64,000 bases of DNA from Spirochaetia bacterium (GTDB lineage Bacteria > Spirochaetota > Spirochaetia > SZUA-6 > Bin103), in the NCBI GenBank assembly GCA_965198005.1, contig CBDAOI010000003.1:800001-864000 (forward strand), in the 5' to 3' direction. The notes under the pieces are model-generated. The model was not told the DNA's origin. It searched no databases and saw only the letters and a program-made list of their open reading frames with translations. Below, in pieces: positions 59,922-64,000 of the stretch. The position numbers and the translations under genes are program-made. The stretch's first letter is position 1; every line of letters starts with the position of its first letter.

Positions 59922-60704
59922 ATGGTGCAATCGACACGGTCTCTGCGGCGCACGAGGTCGCGGCTGGTGCTGGCCGGGGCGTTGCTGCTGGTGCCGCTAC
60001 TGGGGTGGGCGGCCGACGAGGTCGACTACGCGGCGCTGCTGCGCGCCATCGATCAGTCGCGCAGCTTCGACACGACCGATTTCTCGGCGGTGTTCACGGT
60101 GGTGTCCGAGAAGCCGGACGAGGAGACCAGCGTGTTCAAGGCGCAGATGTTCCGCCGCGACGCCGAGGACAAGTTCGTGATGGTGTTCCTGGAGCCGGAC
60201 GTGCAGCGCGGCCAGGGCTACCTGCAGGTGGACGAAAACCTGTGGTTCTACGACCCGGACAGCCGCAAGTTCTCCCACTCCTCCGTACGCGAGAGCCTGC
60301 AGGACTCGGAGGCGCGCAACAGCGACCTGAACCAGTCCTCGCTGGCGGAAGACTATACGGTGGAGGCCGCGAGCGCCGGACGGCTGGGGCGCTACGACGT
60401 GCACGTGCTGGAGCTCAGCGCGCGTCACAACGAGGTTTCCTTCCCCCAGCTCAAGCTGTGGATCCGGCAGGACAACGACCTGGTGCTGAAGGCGCAGAAC
60501 TTCAGCCTGTCCGGACGGCTGGTGCGCAGCGACTACTTCCCCAAGTACGTGCGCGTGGAAAGCCGCTTCCTGCCCTTGCAGATGTTGTTCGTGGACGAGC
60601 TGAAGGAGGGCGAGCGCACCCAGGTGACGATGGCCAACACCTCGCTGGCGCGCGTGCCCGACTCGGTATTCACCAAGAGCTACCTGGAACGGGTCAACCG
60701 TTGA
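59922..60704 (+). CDS. Outer-membrane lipoprotein-sorting protein (LolA-like), copy 2
   Basis: Mature region nearly identical to 54076-54873; different signal peptide; GGAGG RBS. Confidence 0.8.
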   Translation: MVQSTRSLRRTRSRLVLAGALLLVPLLGWAADEVDYAALLRAIDQSRSFDTTDFSAVFTVVSEKPDEETSVFKAQMFRRDAEDKFVMVFLEPDVQRGQGYLQVDENLWFYDPDSRKFSHSSVRESLQDSEARNSDLNQSSLAEDYTVEAASAGRLGRYDVHVLELSARHNEVSFPQLKLWIRQDNDLVLKAQNFSLSGRLVRSDYFPKYVRVESRFLPLQMLFVDELKEGERTQVTMANTSLARVPDSVFTKSYLERVNR

Positions 60705-62200
60705 CGGGGCTGGTCCGCCGGACGGCGGCGAGCGCGCTGGTGCTGCTGGCGGCGGCAGCGTGGGGGCAGAACGGTGGCGGCGACGACGAATTCGATGCCC
60801 TGTTCGACGCGGAGATGATCGAGGAGCAGCCGGACGACGGTACCGGTGACGCCGCCACGGCCGACGCCCCCACCGACAACCTCGACGCACTGTTCGACGC
60901 GGAGGTGGTGGAGACGGTGGAGACCGGCGACGCCGGCCGTGCGCGTGCGGTCGCAGCGCCCGAGGAAGCGCTGCTGACCCGCGCCGGGGTCGACTGGGGC
61001 GGCTCGTTCCGCTATGCGCCGCAGGTGGAGCTCAGCTTCCCGAGCTACGCGGCGCTGTCGGCGGCGCTGCGCGGCGAGCGGTCCGCACGGCGTGCGTTGC
61101 GCCACGACTTGGCGGCGGAGCTGTACTTCGACGCCCGCCCGAGCAGCGACTTCCGCGTGTTCGGCAAGGCCAACGTGGACTATGCCCTGCCCGGCAGCGA
61201 GGCCGGCGCCACCGCCGGGCCCGGCCAGCCCGCTCCCGCCGACTCCGGTGCCGGCGGCGAGTTCTCCTTTACGCTGTTCGAGCTGTTCGCCGATTTCCAC
61301 TGGGACGACCGGGTGTTCTTCCGCGCCGGCAAGCAGCGTGCCGACTGGGGCGTGGGCCGGTTCTTCAGCCCCGCCGACCTGATGAGCCTGGTGACCATCG
61401 ATCCGCTCGACCCCGAGGCGGAGCGCGAGGGGCCGGTGGCGCTCAAGGTGCACGCTCCGCTCGGCGTGCACAACGCCTACCTGTATCTCATTACCGCCGA
61501 CTTCCGCGACCCGCTGGAGGTGGCCGTGGGCGCCCGCGCGGAGTTGGTGGCGGGCGGCGTGGAGCTGGGCGCGGGCGGCCTGATCCAGGCCGACCTGGTG
61601 CCCAAGGCAATCGCCACCGCCACCGGCTCGCTGGGCGACTTCGACCTGTTCGGAGAGCTGGTGATCCAGCGCGGCACCGAGCGCAACCGGATCGAGCTGG
61701 ACGCCGCCGGCAGACTCCGGGTTACCGCCCGCGAAGCGCGCGACCAGGAGTGGTTTCCGGCCGCCACCGCCGGCGTCGTCTACTTCGATCCCGGACCCGG
61801 CATCGTGCTGTCCGCGCAGTACTACTACAATCCCCTCGGCTACCCGGACAGCGCCGCCCTGGCGCCGGCACGCGCTGCCCTGCGCGCGGGCACCGGCGCC
61901 GGCCCGCCGCGCACCGGCCCGCAGCCGGAAGCCGTGGACCTGCTGTACTTCGGCCGCCACTACGCCGGCGCCAGCGCCGCCTGGAACGGCATCGCCGACA
62001 CCGACCTCGGCGCCTCCCTGTTCTGGCTGGCCAATCTGAGCGACGGCTCCGGCCTCGTGCGCCCCTCGCTCACCTACCAGGTGCTGGACTACGCCCGGCT
62101 CTCGCTCGGCGCGAGTCTCGGCTACGGCACCGGCGCCACCGAGTACGGCGAGCGCGTCGCGTTCACCCTGGGCGCCGCCCTGGGCATCGGCCGCTTCTGA
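60701..62200 (+). CDS. Putative outer-membrane beta-barrel protein
   Basis: TTGA overlap with lolA-like copy 2; signal peptide; RAGKQRADWGVG; alternating beta-strand pattern; terminal Phe. Confidence 0.7.
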   Translation: MTGLVRRTAASALVLLAAAAWGQNGGGDDEFDALFDAEMIEEQPDDGTGDAATADAPTDNLDALFDAEVVETVETGDAGRARAVAAPEEALLTRAGVDWGGSFRYAPQVELSFPSYAALSAALRGERSARRALRHDLAAELYFDARPSSDFRVFGKANVDYALPGSEAGATAGPGQPAPADSGAGGEFSFTLFELFADFHWDDRVFFRAGKQRADWGVGRFFSPADLMSLVTIDPLDPEAEREGPVALKVHAPLGVHNAYLYLITADFRDPLEVAVGARAELVAGGVELGAGGLIQADLVPKAIATATGSLGDFDLFGELVIQRGTERNRIELDAAGRLRVTAREARDQEWFPAATAGVVYFDPGPGIVLSAQYYYNPLGYPDSAALAPARAALRAGTGAGPPRTGPQPEAVDLLYFGRHYAGASAAWNGIADTDLGASLFWLANLSDGSGLVRPSLTYQVLDYARLSLGASLGYGTGATEYGERVAFTLGAALGIGRF

Positions 62201-62251
62201 CGCGCGGGCGTACCCGGCGGGACGTGCGATGACCTCCCTGTGGAGGTCTCC

Positions 62252-62410
62252 CGTATCTTCTGGGAAGACCGCTCATTCCTGTCATCGACGCTGCTCCACG
62301 GGACGTTTTCGCTCAGGCTCTGTATCATCAACCACACTACGACTTGGGATGATGTACGCGAGCCCCTGGAGACCGCCGAGCGGTTTGGGCGGGAGACGTC
62401 GATCAAGTAG
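62252..62410 (+). pseudogene. C-terminal shard of a PLP-dependent (group II) decarboxylase
   Basis: FLSSTLLHGTFSLRLCIINHTTTWDDVRE. Confidence 0.65.
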
Positions 62411-62450
62411 ACGCGGGGTACGTGGCTGGCCTCGCTACAGGAGGAGCTTG

Positions 62451-62954
62451 ATGTCGTGGGGAAAGAGCACGGTTACCCTGCTGGCCGCGGTGGCGGCAAT
62501 GCTGGTGGCGCAGGCGGCGATCGCCGAGGAGAGTGGCACGTATCGGTCGGTGAGAAGCTACCACCACGAGTACGTCACCATTGACCATGGCGCCGAGAGC
62601 TTTACCGGGGGCTTCCTGCGGGGAACGGAAACTATCGTCGAGAGCAGCGGAGGCACGTTCGCCATTGGCTCCAACAGGCGCGTCGATTGCCTGGTGTATT
62701 CCCGCAGCTCGGACGGCGGTATCGAGTTGGAGGCGCCGTGCACGTCGGCCGACGCGGATGGTGACAGCTTCTTCACGGTGTCCATCCGGCGTCAGGGCGA
62801 CGTTGCGGTTGGCGGTGGCGGCGCGGGCCAGTGGGAGTTGCTGGGCGGCACCGGGAAGTACGAAGGAATTGCCGGCAGTTGTTCCTACGTCACCGAGTAC
62901 CTGGAAGGCGCACGCGTGGTGGTGATCGGCGACTGTAGCTGGAGCAGATCCTGA
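62451..62954 (+). CDS. Secreted beta-rich hypothetical protein
   Basis: AGGAG RBS; signal peptide; four Cys; GGTGKYEGIAG motif. Confidence 0.7.
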   Translation: MSWGKSTVTLLAAVAAMLVAQAAIAEESGTYRSVRSYHHEYVTIDHGAESFTGGFLRGTETIVESSGGTFAIGSNRRVDCLVYSRSSDGGIELEAPCTSADADGDSFFTVSIRRQGDVAVGGGGAGQWELLGGTGKYEGIAGSCSYVTEYLEGARVVVIGDCSWSRS

Positions 62955-63066
62955 AGCCCGGGGCTGAAGGGGCGATCGGTTAAGAAAATCTAACCGGCCG
63001 GTAACCGGCGCACAAAACCGATCGGCGACGCTTGAACTATCACACCTATCTACATGGAGGTTTTCG

Positions 63067-63969
63067 ATGAAGACCATGGTTCGAGCCGTTGTTGCGGCTG
63101 TGTTGCTGGCGGTGGGGTTGCCGCTGGCGGCCGATTACCACGAGTCGGCAGGCATCCAGGTGACTGCCGTGGACCCCGACGGGCCGGCCGCCGCGGCGGG
63201 CATCGAGCGCGGGGACCTGATCCTGAGCATTGACGGGCAACCGGTGGTGACCGCCAACGACCTGATCGAGGCGCTGGTTGCCGCGGAGGGTTCCGAGGTC
63301 ATGCTGTCGGTCAAGCACGGCAGCGAGCTGCGCGACCAGGTCGTGCAGATCGAGCACGTCTGGGGACGTCCCCGCATCGGCGTAATGATCGCCGCGGCGC
63401 CGCGTCCCGCGGTCGAGCTCGGCATGAGTCGCGACGACGCCGAGGCGAGCGCGGACGGTCCGCAAACCTGGTCGTTCCGGTTCGAGGGAACGGTTGACGA
63501 GCCGGGCGTCATCGTGGTGGACGTGGTTCCGGACAGCGCTGCCGCCGGCGCCGGGTTGCAGCCGGGCGACTCGATTACCGCAATCGACGGCGAGCAGGTC
63601 GGCCTCGACCGCGGCGACCTCGCGGCGGCCATCGGCGAACGCGCCCCGGGAGACAACATCACGGTCGACTTCGAACGCGCAGGCGAGGCGATGACCGCGA
63701 CCGCCACCCTCGGCGAGCACCCCGAGAGCGGCGCCGCCATGCTCGGCATACGGTTCCTGCCGCTGCCGTTCATGTCGGATGACCCGCGCGAGTTCGGCTT
63801 CGGGTTCGGCCGCGGAGGACACTTTGCCGAGATGCGCGAGCTGGTCGACCGGCTCATGCAGGAGCACTTCGAGCGGATCGGGAGCGACGCCGAGCCGATG
63901 CCCGAGGCGATGCCGGAAGCTGACGCGGAGGAGCACGCGGAGGAGATGGAGACCGAGAGCGGCTCATAA
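63067..63969 (+). CDS. Secreted tandem-PDZ protein
   Basis: GGAGG RBS; signal peptide; two PDZ repeats (GPAAAAGIERGDLILSIDG; SAAAGAGLQPGDSITAIDG). Confidence 0.85.
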   Translation: MKTMVRAVVAAVLLAVGLPLAADYHESAGIQVTAVDPDGPAAAAGIERGDLILSIDGQPVVTANDLIEALVAAEGSEVMLSVKHGSELRDQVVQIEHVWGRPRIGVMIAAAPRPAVELGMSRDDAEASADGPQTWSFRFEGTVDEPGVIVVDVVPDSAAAGAGLQPGDSITAIDGEQVGLDRGDLAAAIGERAPGDNITVDFERAGEAMTATATLGEHPESGAAMLGIRFLPLPFMSDDPREFGFGFGRGGHFAEMRELVDRLMQEHFERIGSDAEPMPEAMPEADAEEHAEEMETESGS

Positions 63970-64000
63970 GCGTAGGGGGCGCGTCCGGATCAATCCAGCG

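Noticed and set aside
54076-60704. lolA-like copies as a DGR template/variable pair
   Set aside because: Differences are not adenine-restricted, many appear synonymous, and both copies are intact genes.

Overview
High-GC bacterial chromosomal segment. A spirochaete-like symbiont is a tentative guess from the signal-peptide style and the LolA-like sorting genes. The core content is transport and metabolism: two Dpp/Opp-type peptide ABC operons without ATPase genes, a Gld-like ABC, a Liv-type ABC, a LolD/FtsX-type ABC with duplicated LolA-like carriers and a beta-barrel, oxidoreductases, aldolases, manA and ggt. At 7.1-16.3 kb there is a mobile-element graveyard: nested Zn-finger/DDE/ExeA elements, a RIT remnant, a repeat-rich HNH gene, and a full-length group II intron. 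The intron boundaries, supported by EBS1-IBS1 pairing and by alignment to a second copy of the target repeat, are non-canonical at both ends (GAGCG...CC). Also present are three intact toxin-antitoxin pairs, candidate defence genes (ABC-ATPase plus DUF4276/TOPRIM-like protein; SLATT-like protein plus a Pro-rich micropeptide), many short gene shards in intergenic spacers, and a recurring leaderless -10-box/start-codon signature. No CRISPR array, tRNA or rRNA was seen. All family calls come from motif recognition by eye; no searches were run.
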